A stretch of 64,000 nt of DNA from Trichoplax sp. H2 (taxonomy: Eukaryota), in assembly GCA_003344405.1 (NCBI GenBank), contig NOWV01000119.1, positions 62,001-126,000 on the forward strand, in the 5' to 3' direction. The stretch's first letter is position 1. The number at the start of each line of letters is the position of its first letter. Shown in pieces: positions 12,201-26,030 of the stretch. The position numbers were made by a program, and so were the translations under genes. The notes under the pieces were generated by a model, which was not told the origin of the DNA, did no database searches, and saw only the letters and a program-made list of their open reading frames with translations.

Positions 12201-15200
12201 TGGTTATAACAGTATAACTAGTAGAATATAGAATTGAAGCTAATTTCAAGTAATCTTCTAAGCATTTTAATGTTCTCTATAGATGTCTAACAGGGGGGTA
12301 TGTGGGATATTAACCTACCGTAATTCCTGTAAAGTTAACTTTGTAACAGTTTCTAATTAATGTCTGAGCCATCTGATGATTATCATAGGAGAAATCTGTC
12401 AACCACTGATTTGGCTGCATTTCATTATGAGTTTCATTTAATGCTAATGCCATAGCATAAATCGCATCATATGCGAAATTACTGTAGCCGTAACTTTCAT
12501 GATCTTCCATCAAGGTAATATTTCTCTCGATCATATATTCTTGAACATTCTGCATAAATGAATAATTATGAGGGTTATTATTATCAATAAATATTATTGC
12601 TAAGCTTCCGATCAGCAGTTCTTAGTGTATGTATTGGATATATCAATATGGAATAAAATTAATTCGATTGAAAACTCTTGCAAGAAAGTCTACCTTACAA
12701 TCACTAATAAAATAATTACCTGGCCTTGAATTGGTGATATCCCATTTTCACTCTGAAAAAAGGACACAGTGTCTGTTGCTAAATGACCATCAACCATTTC
12801 GATCATTTGTTCTCTAGTGCAATTCGATGTACCAGTGTTGACGTCATGATTCCACCAGTATCCGCTAAGCCATCCCAAAAATATCCAGACATATTTTTGG
12901 CCTTTCAAGCCTTGATGATAAGCCTGTAATTCATAGATTTATAAGTAGAAGCCATATGAATAATTTTAAAGCCAAAATTTATTCGTTACTGACGTATTAA
13001 TGTCAAAACTCGTTTCAATTTCAGAAGTATTATGATTAATAGAAATTTAAGCTGGTGCTATACTTGAACAGCCAAAAATTTTTAATAGTGGTAGTCATCT
13101 GAACTAATCAACAAACTCTCCACCCAATACTTGAACCGAATTATATAATAAAATGAAGACTTAATTGATAATTACTTGGTTTGTAATCAACATACTTCCA
13201 TCTTTTGTAAAAAATACAAGGGAAATTAAATATTGTAATACAACTACTAACTGAATATTAAAAGTATCGATATACTGACATAAGCTCGGTGGTTAATACA
13301 AACAAGAGAGTAAATCACCCATAGTGGTTTTAATCATTTCATCATTAATACAATCTGTAAGCGATGAACCTTTACCTATATCGCTAATCATCGATTAAAA
13401 TATTTTAAACCATTCAAAATTTTATAATCTGATTCACAATATTACGATCATTGCAATATTTACCTCACACATAACTTTTCTACCTTCTTTTTCATAAAAG
13501 CTTGCAATAATTATTCTAGCGTCACTAGCCTAAAATACATTTTTTAAGTAAATCTTAGTGTTACGTAGCATTAAGGTGTTTAGTGTACTTAAAATAAATG
13601 AATCAATTACAGCGCGATTGTAGCGATGACAACTTTGCTCGCTAAATTGACATTTCTAATTTCGTAAATGTAGAACAAATAAGGAATGCATATATACGCT
13701 CTGATATCTTTATCGATGCAGGCATATTTTACCTTCAACTGTTCAATCTGGTTTTTAGGATTATTGGTAAATACTGTGGAAGCTAGCACCGAAATACCTT
13801 CAATTTTTAGCAATTTAATTAATTCTTCCATAGTCTAGCAAAAATAAATTAATAAAGCTATATGTCATGTTTGCTCAGATCTTCTTAACATCTCTGACGG
13901 TCGTACAATGGAAAAACTCGAAATGATATCAATTAAAGATAACAAGACTTACAACAGCAAAAATATTTTCGGACTGGTAAATCAAGCCGACTTTTTTCCA
14001 CTGAAAGGCTTTTAATAAAGCAACGCGTGGGCCATTCATAGAAGCATCCGAAGGTATTGTACGTAGGAAAAAAGGAAATTTTTTCTTATCGGATAGCGAA
14101 GGGGAAGTTGCACCATAGGAAAACTGAAATTGAAATAGATTAATAATTTCAGCTAAGTCTTATCTCATAATTTATTTTGTAGTTTTTAGCGGATAATCCG
14201 CAGTGATTAATATTAAGATATTTGTCGCAATTGCTAATACTTAATGCATGTTTTGTTGACAAATGTAACTCTTAGTAGCCTTACGATAAGACAATCATGC
14301 ATATATGATTTTAAGTAATATATGCTTTACCAAATAAATAAGCTAAATCATGGTCATATGCTGAGCGATTATAACAATTTAACTTTACTGTTAACCAATT
14401 GGACAATAAAATATATAGTATATCGAGAGCAACGTGAAACTCAACGATCACTTTATGCTATTTTTGGCGATAGTACAGCTATCTTAGTTAAAAAGTAGCC
14501 TTACCTGAACTAGATTCCATAATTTCGATGTCTCGGCGATAGGTTCGGTTACGCTAGAATACCCCGAACCAAGCAACATAATTTTCTTAGGTGCATGGTA
14601 GACATATTCATAAAGAATTTTTAAGCCATACGGAACTGAACTCTACCATGAAATAATTTGATACGCAATAAAAAATTTACCATTTTGCGAATGTAATCGG
14701 TATTTTGTGTTTATCCGTAATAGATTATAAGAACCATTCAACTTTATATGTGTTCTTTAAATCCGTATCAAAGGGCTAAAATTAATTTCAACTCTGAATC
14801 GACACACTAAATCACGAAATATGTAATGCCCTCCCAAATCGATTTAAAACAGTAACAAGCGCAACAATTGCCATGGGTGTGATGAAAATGCAAATTATCA
14901 GGGAAAAGCAATATTTCTTTATTTTACGGAATGAACCCTCATTATAACTGATATTGATAGTACCGGTGTGAAATATTATATATTTTGATATACAACTTGA
15001 ACTTTTAATGGAGACATTTCTAGTTTGCTCATGCCAAAACCTTGTTAATAAGTAAAAGAAAAAGTTCTAAAATTTTTTCCTTACCTAGATATAACGCATA
15101 TTTTTTCGACTAGACGTGAAGATTTTTACGTTAACTGCCTCAGTTGAAACTCAAGATACTGATAATTGCTTGACTCAATTCAAAACAATATACTGTAAAC

Positions 15201-17640
15201 CTACACATTTAACTAAGGAATATCAATGTTCTGCAAAACTAGGCACAGCTACAGACAAAGCAAATTAATTTTTAGATCTAAAAAATTATTGCAGGGCTAT
15301 ATACTAGTTTGTAAACATTTAGCTCTAAAACATTGCTTTTGTAATCTTTGTACCATGCGTTGATAAGTGGATAGATTTGTTTACTAAGTCAAATCTTCTC
15401 TAAACGTAATCGTCATTTTAATTTTTCAAAAGTATTACTTCAAGGCTAATTACATTTGCCAAAATCATCTGGTCAGATGTCTTCAATTACTTACACGGCA
15501 TACGAGTACATTGTATTATTACTTATATTTGCACAATGTTTAAACTGTCTATGAAAGAAGTGAGTTGAAGGAATATAGTTGTTTATCTCTCAATGATGAT
15601 TGACTAATTACTAATAAATCTCCTATTAAAATGATCTAAACCATTTACATAGACATAAATGATTTCCACATTTAGTGCAGTATAGTCAAAAATACGATAT
15701 CATATTTTTCTTTATGTTACTTTCTTATAATCAAATTATAAATTCCTTTCTATCAGTTGTACTTTTTTGCGAGTTAAAACATAAAATAAAAATTTCGATC
15801 AATTTCCTTAATATTTTTCTTCCCAGTTAACATAATTTCTAACAGAAAAATGTCGACTACGAAAAATTAAAAACGCTTATACATGAACGCATTTTTTGCA
15901 TCAAATTTTACAAAAACAAAAACCTTGTCTCAATATGTTTACGACTATGAATGAAGGAACAAAAGCAAAATTTCGTATAAGCAATAATGTAAACGATGCA
16001 AACCATTAAGTCTTATGAGTCTAACTACTAGACCCTAGAATCTAACTATACCGTAGAAGTGGTCATCAACTCGTCATGCTTTATTAATTATTACCGAAAT
16101 AGCATAATTAATGTTACAGAAACAACAACTTGAAAATCTATTTTGAAATGATTACGTAAATTTCTCTGTAAATATATAGCAAAGTTTATTATTACGCTAA
16201 AGACTGACTATTCAAAAAAATTCCCAACGTGTCTATCAGCAATTAATCCAAATACGAAAAAAATTTGGATCGATCTCAGATATTTATGTGTATATCAATA
16301 GCATCATCTTATTATCATGATCAGTAATATCATGTTGATTTCTATGTACAGTTAAATTTTCTAGATGTTTAAACTAATTCTAGTTATTTGGTTAATTTTC
16401 TATCTGTGAAATATATTTCTATCCGTATTTTACACGTATTGAAGCAAAATAATTTAACTAGACTGAGTATTAAAGTAAAAAAGAAAAATTAAACTGATAT
16501 TTGCATAAGAAATAAAGGTTCGAATATTTGCTAGGTTATACCGAGAACAGTAGTGAATATTTCATGGCTATGAAATACTGCCAAACATAAGCTACACAGA
16601 TTACATAAATACTTTTTACAGTACTAATATTTATTCTAACCGAATTTTTCAACCTTCCAATGTATATAAACTAAAGTCTGCTAAACCAGAATGCAACGAT
16701 TTATTAGTAACTAGCCGTTGCAAAATAAGTTTACGGCATAGCGAAATAACAATCCTCGCATCTTCGATATGTTTTGCTATTAAACGCATAACTACAATAA
16801 TTAGGCGATAAAGATCCCTTCTATTTCAAAATCGCTAGCAGCAAGTTTAAATTCGCTTACAATTGTCAAAGCGAGATCCATCCGTCCCGAAAAATAATAA
16901 ATGGATCCAAAAATACTCAAAGAGCCATGACGGAAGTATTAAAGAAATAAACTGATATTGAATCTTGAGCAACTGGGCTGAGTACGAGTATATACGTATT
17001 ATTAACTAATGTCTTCTAGCTAGTAGAAATGTTTCAAATATAATACTGATGATTAATCATAGCTAATCATGTCATAGTCGAGAATAACCAAAGGTAGATA
17101 ACTATGGCCTAATTAGAAAAATAGAGATCTTCAAACTCTCATTCAGTAATAATATATTAACGGTATACAACCTATAACAGTAATTTCGTTCTGATATAAG
17201 GTAGATTGCATACACATACTTTGAATCTATAGTACAACTAAAGTTACTAAATTACTATTATGAACTGTACAGTAAGCTGACAATTGAAGATTACTCCATT
17301 CACCAAAATTAGACCTTAGCTATTATTGCAGATTTTTTTATTTATAAAGTCAGACCCAAGCTCAAATTAGAAGATTTATTTCACTTACTTTAGTTCCATT
17401 CCATATCAATTTCAACTTATAATCCGGAAGTAAGGTCGGATCTTCGTTTACATGTTGAACAGCTAGTTGAGTAGCCAATAAAATACGATTTGTGCCAACC
17501 CATTCAGAATCATTTAAAGGAAATAGTCCTCCAATGTATAAATCTCTTGCTATATTTTGATTAGCTGATGACCACTGATGTGGAAGGCCAAAAAGTACTA
17601 TTACGACAGCTATAATAAGATTTGGGTAAGTCCTAATCAT
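9275..17640 (-). CDS. GABA-B-receptor-like class C GPCR, 16 coding exons: 17640-17389, 14642-14505, 14123-13953, 13834-13733, 13529-13464, 12923-12720, 12549-12319, 11962-11899, 11769-11677, 11571-11421, 11265-11118, 10926-10819, 10705-10577, 10361-10026, 9818-9660, 9430-9275
   Basis: It has a signal peptide, then Venus-flytrap motifs (LYIGGLFP, SYGATSPSLSDKKKFPFFLRT, DARIII, YVWIFLGW, FAYDAIYAMALAL, GPVEFDSKGDR) and no Cys-rich domain. The 7TM motifs are [43 protein letters not shown] and LVFIPK, followed by a coiled-coil-like C-terminal tail. All introns are GT-AG and in phase. Confidence 0.93.
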
Positions 17641-20600
17641 CACGGTAGCTCCAGATTAATGAGTGCTATAAAGATTGACGGATAGAATCTGGATTAAAAC
17701 ATTAATAGGTTTTTACTAATATCAGCTATTTTAAAATATTGATCATGCGGTTCAATAAGTAATATTTTAGATATTTGAACTTTATCACGCATCACTGGTC
17801 TAATTGGTTATCTTGTTATAACACAAAGTTAGCGAGATTGCTATTAAAATTATTATGTATCAGTCTAATTGTTCGCTTTGAGCCGAAAATGAGTCAGGCT
17901 CTAGTACTCCCTAGACATAAGTCATTTCTGCTTGGAAGGCTTTCTTATGAATAAATCTTATTTATGGTAGAATAAGATTTTACAAAAATATTATGCATAT
18001 AAAACAAAGCTATTAATGAAAAATATATCCCTCAATAATAATTTTTAATTTTTAATCTACCAGAATATTCAGGCATGTTAACAACATTGAAAGCTAGTAA
18101 TGATATTGCACATAATTGTGGTATAGACAACCTCCCAACCCCATATCAATATTTCCTGTAGCCTTTAATCCTACTTTTTTTACTGAATCAGTTAATTATT
18201 TCGGTCCTTAAGTTTATAATTATAAGAATTATTCATAACAAGATAGATTACAATTTATTTTATTGATACACTCTCAATTCAATATAAAAAATTCTACTTC
18301 GATCAAATCAATCAATCGTTAAGAATTTCAATTTCGGCTTTAATGGAGCATGTAATTACTCTATATAATTGAACGAGATCATAGTACATGGATTCCCTAC
18401 GTACGTGTAGATCACGTAATTGTTATTTCACTATGTGTAAACTTGAATTCAGTTTATCATCAATTCGGTAGCCATGTCTATTTATTAATGAAGGCGCTAA
18501 CACTATTGTAATTTTTTAGTAATTAGAGCACTTGGCGCCACATATTACAAGAAATATCATTTTCTGGTATGCATGATATTTTTAAGGCTACAAATGCATA
18601 TTATATTATTGTGTAGTGGTCAAAATCATCCATTAATCCATAATTATAAACGAATTCGAATTATCCATATAGCCTTCACTTTACGAAACCTGCCCTTATT
18701 CAAGAAAATGTTTACTTACGAAAATAATATCAACATAACGGTTAGTTTTAGATGACTTCCACTTTAAGCTCCGCTTATTATTAAAGAATAATGTTACGAT
18801 TAAAGTTCTATGGTAACTAGCAATACTTTAAACAATCGATATATCCTATTTTTGCCGTATTTGCTCTGTTTCAAAATAGATCGCTCGTCTTATTATGAGG
18901 ATGTAGTGGGTTATAAATAAACAAGTCTGAATGTAGGTTCTAGTATGTGTTTAGCAACCAAAGGTCATATTATAATTGTTCGCATTCATTCTTAAAGCAT
19001 TTTGCTACCCAAAAATTAAAAAGAAACCAAAAAGGACAAACAAAATCCACTTATCTAATATTCTTGATTATATTATCTAAATATCTTACGTGTTTAAAAT
19101 GACCGATTAAGCTCACGCTTTTTCGAATACAGATCTGAATTTATCTAATGTTTTGATTGGCATGGCTAATAGGATGTAAAGTTCCTTCTCTGAGTTTCTG
19201 AGCTCATAACTGCACAAATTCGTTTGCTATCATTATACCAGTATTTCCTTCTGTGTAGTTCTCTTCTGTTAATGACATCAATAATAAATATCAAAATTTT
19301 CATTTCTCGAAACTATTCATTGATAAATATTTTTCTCAAATCCAACCAGTTATTGTTATGACAACAATCCCCTAGCGATAAATTTGCCCTTACAAAATTA
19401 ACGCTTTTCTTCATAGCCTTAGGTCTTTTTAAGTTTTCATAACTTCAGTACTAAAGTTCTTTAAATGATTTTCTAGTATTATAATTTTTAAAATGGTTTC
19501 GCGACACTTTTTAACATCAAGTTACATGCCGGAAAGTCCGAGCAATGATAAAATTTTTTAGCGCAGTTTGTTATCATCAATACATAAATACTTTTTTCAT
19601 GTTTGCGGTATCGTTTATTAATTAATTGTACCTTTGTCCAATCTAGAGAACATCACGTATCAAGTCATAAATACAACAGTAAATTCCTATGTGCATTAAA
19701 TGATAGGAAATTTTACGTAAATTTTGAAGAATTTTATTCCTTATCCACATCTTCAACCACGCAACTTTAACAATAAGAGTATTATGTAATATTATAATTT
19801 AAGTATGGCCAGATGAGTAAACCTGTCCTCTCATACGGCAGAACTAGCCGAGAATTAACATACTATAGAGTTATTAAAATACCAATTAAGGCTAATTTAA
19901 TTAAAGACTTTAATTAATTGCAAAAATTAAGTAATGGCAGTTGATAGGATGCAGCATACTATTTACTCGTATTCTTACCGAAGCCCCTTCGTGAGCTTCA
20001 TTAATTAATTATCCTGATGAAATATTGGTATTGTAGCAATTTTAAATTTACTTACTACTCTCTTAAGGCATTTATATTTTACACTCATGGTGTCTATATT
20101 GTAGCTCATCTGAAGTTAGGCAATAAACTATACAATTTTTAGACTTTCTAAGAGAAATACTTCATTATGACTAGACCGAAAACTGCTAGCAGTTGCAATT
20201 CTTGGCGTAGTGGTAATCGTTTAGGCTAAAATTGGTAGCTTCAAAAACCATGTCCAGATACCAATTAATAATGAAGTACGACTACAGCTTACTCACAATT
20301 AATAGTAAAATGTGAAAGTCAGGATACTACCTCATAACCGTCTTATTAGCAATCCTGGCTATAGAATTTAACACATGAAATGATTAACTTTGATGCAACT
20401 TAATCAATCTTTTCATTTCAGACATGATGCATTGTGTAGGTTTATATTTCTTTAATGTTATTATGGATTTACTGCTGGGATATACGTAACTGATATCTTT
20501 AAATATTAAAGTTTGTCTAAAAGAATCTCGTGACGACAATCTTTAGACAAAAATGTAAGTAAAAAGTGCAAGTGCACGCAGTATGCGAAGTATAGCGAGT

Positions 20601-23600
20601 GTGGATTCTAAAGGTATATCATAATATTCATATATCTATAAGAAGATGAATAACAAATAGGTAAACTGTGGCCTTCAATGATAAATTAATTAGCCAATCA
20701 TGGATTTCGCGATAGAGTTTTACATCAGTTAAATATACGTGATCACATATCATAAATGGGAAAAAATTGGCTAACATTCTTAAACCCTGCTTAAAGCGCG
20801 TAAATTTTAATGTGGAACTAGGGGAAATCCTCGTTGAATAATCAATTGTTCTCCTATAAACGTAACTAAAATAATTAATTTTCTTATTTAAGAATTTAAA
20901 ACCAATCGTATCAATGAGGGCTTATCCTACGTATTTTATTACTGTAATAAATTAAACTACCTTAGTAGAATGAAAAATTCAACTATCGAAAATATCACAG
21001 CAGCAAAACGCGACGTATATTTAAATTATTCAATTTAAAGAGATCACGATTTAGCTACGGAAAAAGTTCAAGCAAGTTTAAGTAAGGAATCAGTATCGCT
21101 TCGCATCTGTATGCAATCTCGAGAACGCTTACTTTTCGGAAGGTGAAATAGGGATCAAAGAAATTAATTTTAAGTTTAGCACGATAGTTTTTCATTCTCA
21201 GGGAAATTTATCAGAGTGATTAAAATCTAGCTTCGATAATATTTTGTAAAAGTTTATCAAATTAAATTTCACTAACTTTCCAAAAATGTATAATTACGTT
21301 ATTTTTACATTAGACCTAAATGCTTACTTTTTTCAAAATTTCTATGATTTGATACTAACATTTAATACGGTAAATGATTTACTTATGCGCATATCGTTTA
21401 TTTTTCTTTATGTCCCGATCTAGAAACTTATGCTAATAAAATTCGGCTGATAACCGTGATATCAGCCCAAATTACAGGGTTAGCAGTTTACTTTCATTTC
21501 ATTCTGAAATATAACTGAGCTAAATGTCCAAACTGCGGAATTTACACTTGTATACCAAATCCAAGCTTCTACTAAATCGCCTAGGTAATATTTTATAGAT
21601 GATATACAGTGATTCTTCCACTATGCTCTATCTTTCATGCTACGATATACTGATGCGGCGTTAAACATGATATAAAGTTAACTTTTTATTTATCAAATAC
21701 TATAATATTCATAGGTTTAGACACAGCTGAGGGATCTCTTACATTAAATGGTCTAGTTTATATATTTTTGCTACGCTATGTAAAATCGATTCGCCTCCTA
21801 TCCAGAAGATTTCTGCTGCGCATTTGAAGAATTATTACGGAGAAACTTTGTTCCTCCGACAGTTCGAAACTAAACGATATTATCACTACCTAGATTCTAT
21901 TTCTATCTTCTATAATTAAAAGTAGCAGCAAGAACAATTTCTAAACTATGTCAAAATATATTAAATTTGCGGAAATCCCTTAATTTATTCCCCATTTCTA
22001 TATGTTCATTGTCAAAAATTTTCTCCAAAATTGAAGCGCTTAGAGAAAGTCAAATGCTCCTTTTACCGTGAAAACTAGATTGGTAAAAAACTCCCTAATG
22101 TGTTATATCGGAAGTTTATTAACTCATCTCATAAACCGCAAGCAATTTGAAGCTGTACTACTCTGTAAGTATATATTCAACAAGTTCATGTCTAATATTT
22201 TAGCTCAACCACTGAATCTCTGTGATAACATTTCCATCATGAAGATTAAATCATACGATTTCATTCTAATAAAGTAATCAGAAATATGCGATAAAGAACT
22301 TTATATTATCCCCTAAGTTTCGATTTTAATTATGATACGAAATCTACGCTAATGAAGAAAACTCTACGTTCGGAGTTCTACTCTATTAAGAATAGAAAAA
22401 TAGCTCTGACATTCCGTGCACTCTTGCAATGACCAGTAATCTGCATCCGATGATTAATTAAAGAAAATAAAAATACTGTTCCGCCCGTAAGGGTACAAAT
22501 TTAAACTGGGTTCATCTTGATTGAGTTCATTAACTATTTTTTTATACTTTAATTCATAATCATCCTCTTTTGTACTTTATATGATCCTTATATTTAGTTA
22601 TAATAAACTTCAGCCTTTGTGATAACGACTAAAGTCAAATGGTATCAACTTTATACATCCTATCATTTTGAGTTTTCCACCATTTCAGTTATTTAAATCA
22701 ATTACGATAACTTACTAATTGCTATAATTGCTAATTTCAGAACTAAATGTTCTTATTATTTATTATATATTAACTACTGGTCGTTATTGCTTAAATTAAT
22801 TACGACAGTTATATTATCCTCTGGTCTAAAAATGCATACTAATGCTAACCTGCTAATATTATTGGCGTACATAACTCGCTGTCTAAAGCACTCTATTACT
22901 AGGAATAAGAATGTTTTATATTTTACTAGATTCACCTCAATCGTACTATAGAAATCAAATTACCGGATTTTTATTCCAGCAATTTAATGTACTATTAACG
23001 CCATTTTATATCGCATGTCTGCAAGCTATTACATCAGGGTTAAATTTTTTACATACCTCTGGTCATGAGTTTTTAATCTTAATTTGAGCCAGAAAGTTTA
23101 GCTATTACCTTCTCACGCTTCTCCTTCCTAGATAGGTTTTTAAATAATAATTCATCAGCTTTACTACAACTAAGTCTAAATGTAAGGTTTACAACTACGA
23201 TGAAAGCTATAGCTACGTGAAAAAGACTGCCCGATGAGGAATAAAATGCCGCAATACCTGATCAATTATACCAATATGCAACTGTTAAAAATACATGAAA
23301 TTTGAATATTATTACCGATCGGTCAGTTACAATCCATGTCTAAAATAAAATAAATTAATCTCGCCAGCGATAGATCAAGAAAAGAGCACCTCCTTGGGGC
23401 TATAAATATTGAACTACTAACAAGGGCATAGATTTGATTTTCAAGACTTACCCTATAAAATTTTCAATGCGCTGGATTAATGAGAATAATCTACAGTTTA
23501 TGATTTATTTTGGCTTAAAATAAATTGCTTTGACGTAGGATGATAATAATCGCTGAGTTAAAATTTTTCAAGAATAAAATTATTCGGAATCGATATTAGT

Positions 23601-24402
23601 TTAAATACTAGCCATTGCTATAGATGGTATTAATTTCAAAAAGTTACTTGCAGAGAGATAAAATTTAACTTTAAAGACATCCGACGGAGAGAAACGGTGA
23701 AATTTTACAAGTATAATTAAGCCAAGAAATAAATGATATATAAATGACGATGAGTTATAAAATATTCTTAAATAGGATTTTTCTGGTTAAAGAAGAGTGG
23801 ATATAGACGCCTTCTATGGTGAAATTATATATTGGATAATAGAGAAAATCGCACTTGTACGGCGTAAGTAATAATTTCTAATAACAAGAAATCTATCGAT
23901 CCTTGACGAAACGCCAAAACGATTTAGCTGAAATGTTGGTAATGACCTTCTCGGCTAAGAATTCAATAAAAAACACCTTAGCTAACAAACGAACAATAAT
24001 CTTTTTTAGTCAACTAACTTAGTATTGCGTAACAAAAAGGGATGGCACTAAAGGGGTAAATTATTTTATTTTTATTTATTATAGTCCAATACCCTCAACA
24101 ATGACATTGAACATCATCAATGAAGATGCATCATTAACAAGTTGACATTTTGACGTTAATGTTTAATAATGCCAATCAATTAGATAGACTTTATAAATTT
24201 TTTTAAGTTTAATGAGTGTAGACAGATTGTCTGTAGTTTATATCTATTGATACCAGATGACGGGAAGTAGCTACTGAAATAGGCGGAGATAGTATTATTG
24301 GTCTAATTTTAATTGACAATGACAAAAAGTACTTGGATCATTATTGACTAAGCTGATATTGATCGATTTAATGTCAGCAAGAGCAGGTGTTTACATGTAA
24401 AC

Positions 24403-24478
24403 GGTTGCATTAATACATTTGTATCTAATCTATCAATATCAAAATTGATAGATTAGATACAAATGTATTAATGCAACC
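24403..24478. repeat. Perfect 35-bp inverted repeat with a 6-nt spacer
   Basis: GGTTGCATTAATACATTTGTATCTAATCTATCAAT (24403-24437), spacer ATCAAA, then the exact reverse complement (24444-24478). Confidence 0.95.
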
Positions 24479-25596
24479 ATTACATGTCGATATGATTTAT
24501 AATTCGTTTCCATGTTATAAGATGGTAGAATAGCAAGGCTTATATTTTTTCTTGGCCTAACTTTACACATTATTATCATTAAAAAATAAAGTACAGTAAT
24601 TTTAATCACTCCCTTATATTCGATAGTAACTTTTGTCCCTTCTAAGTTTATTTTATCGCATTAATGCGATCTTTCATCTAGGCCTATTTGCTCTTTGATT
24701 ATTTCCATTATGAGGCTATCATGGAATAGATAAGATATTAAGGAGTATTCTTAAGCATATTCTTGGAACTTTTAGGTCATCACATAAATATTTTAGCTAT
24801 ATTGCTATCTGGTTGTCAGAGAATGTGTAATTTATATCATATACATATATCACGAATAGACGTTGTAGCTACGCTCCTAAAGTGTGGCATTAAATTCTGT
24901 GATCATTAACTATTTAGCAATAATAATCATTTTGCAAATTTTATAATTCCATTTGCTCGATGCAAAAGGAGATATCCATTCAATTTTTAAATTGAATTTT
25001 GGATTTCAAATCAGGAGTGAATGAAACTGTTGAGTCAAGAAATAGAAAATAACGTATATTTAGAGTAGCTAAGCATACAAGGATCTCACTTTAAACTTAT
25101 TTGATATATCTATACTGAATGGCTTAATATTGCTGCAGAAGCAATGAGGTCATTCTGAGTCTTGATTATTCTTACTTATTGCTTTAACTTATGATGGTTG
25201 TTCTTATTAGCTGAATTTCTATCTTTTAGTGATTAAATTATTTAAGAGATATAGTAAAGAATAATAATTAATTATTTGATTAGACAAGCATATTTGTGTA
25301 CGTATTTTTATACACAAAAATAACATCAGAACTAAACAAGATTACTGTAGGTTGTAATTTCAAACTTTTTTTCGATTTTATGTAATATATTTTTGTTTTT
25401 CTGGTATACTTAATCCAATAAACATCAATAATTGGCAAAAATAATGAATAGAAAATAAGATTTGCTATTAAGTGCATTCTGAAAACTGACATTGTTTAGT
25501 AATCTATCTTTTACGTAAATTTAAGCAACCTCCTATATAACACATTACTTTCGCATATTTCTTCGTCTGTTTCTGTAACTATTACTTGTTCTTAAG

Positions 25597-26030
25597 TGTC
25601 ACAAACCAGCTTCGTGACAAGGAAAACGTAAAATAAATCTCTAAATTACTATATTCTCCGGGATTCAGTATCCCTTAATTACCTCACAAGAATTTAGACG
25701 CCTTTGATTCTACGTTAAACTCAACTAGGCAATTGAGAACTACTTTATTCAACTATCTGACGGGCTTATATACCCTTCTACAGTAGCTAACATTCACAAG
25801 TCATCTTATAAAAATACTTAGGTGAGATAACTAGTTTTTCACAGTCGGACTACAATATGTCCGTTCACAGAATCATTTCAGTGCACATTACAGCACAGCA
25901 TTAAATTTACTGTAACACATTTATAATTAGAGTAATTCCTATAGTAAGTAACTAGTTGTAATATAATATCACTATATTATATTAACCAAATTTAGATAGC
26001 TATTTCTTCACGGTAGTTCGTACCGTGACA
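25597..26030 (-). mobile_element. Solo-LTR-like element, copy 2 (434 bp, inverted), TSD TTAAG
   Basis: It is the reverse complement of 7220-7659 with scattered substitutions and small indels. TTAAG flanks it at 25592-25596 and 26031-26035. Confidence 0.87.

Noticed and set aside
7220-26030. Copies 1 and 2 as the ends of one large transposon carrying the GABA-B-like gene
   Set aside because: Each copy has its own different TSD on both sides, so they are independent insertions.
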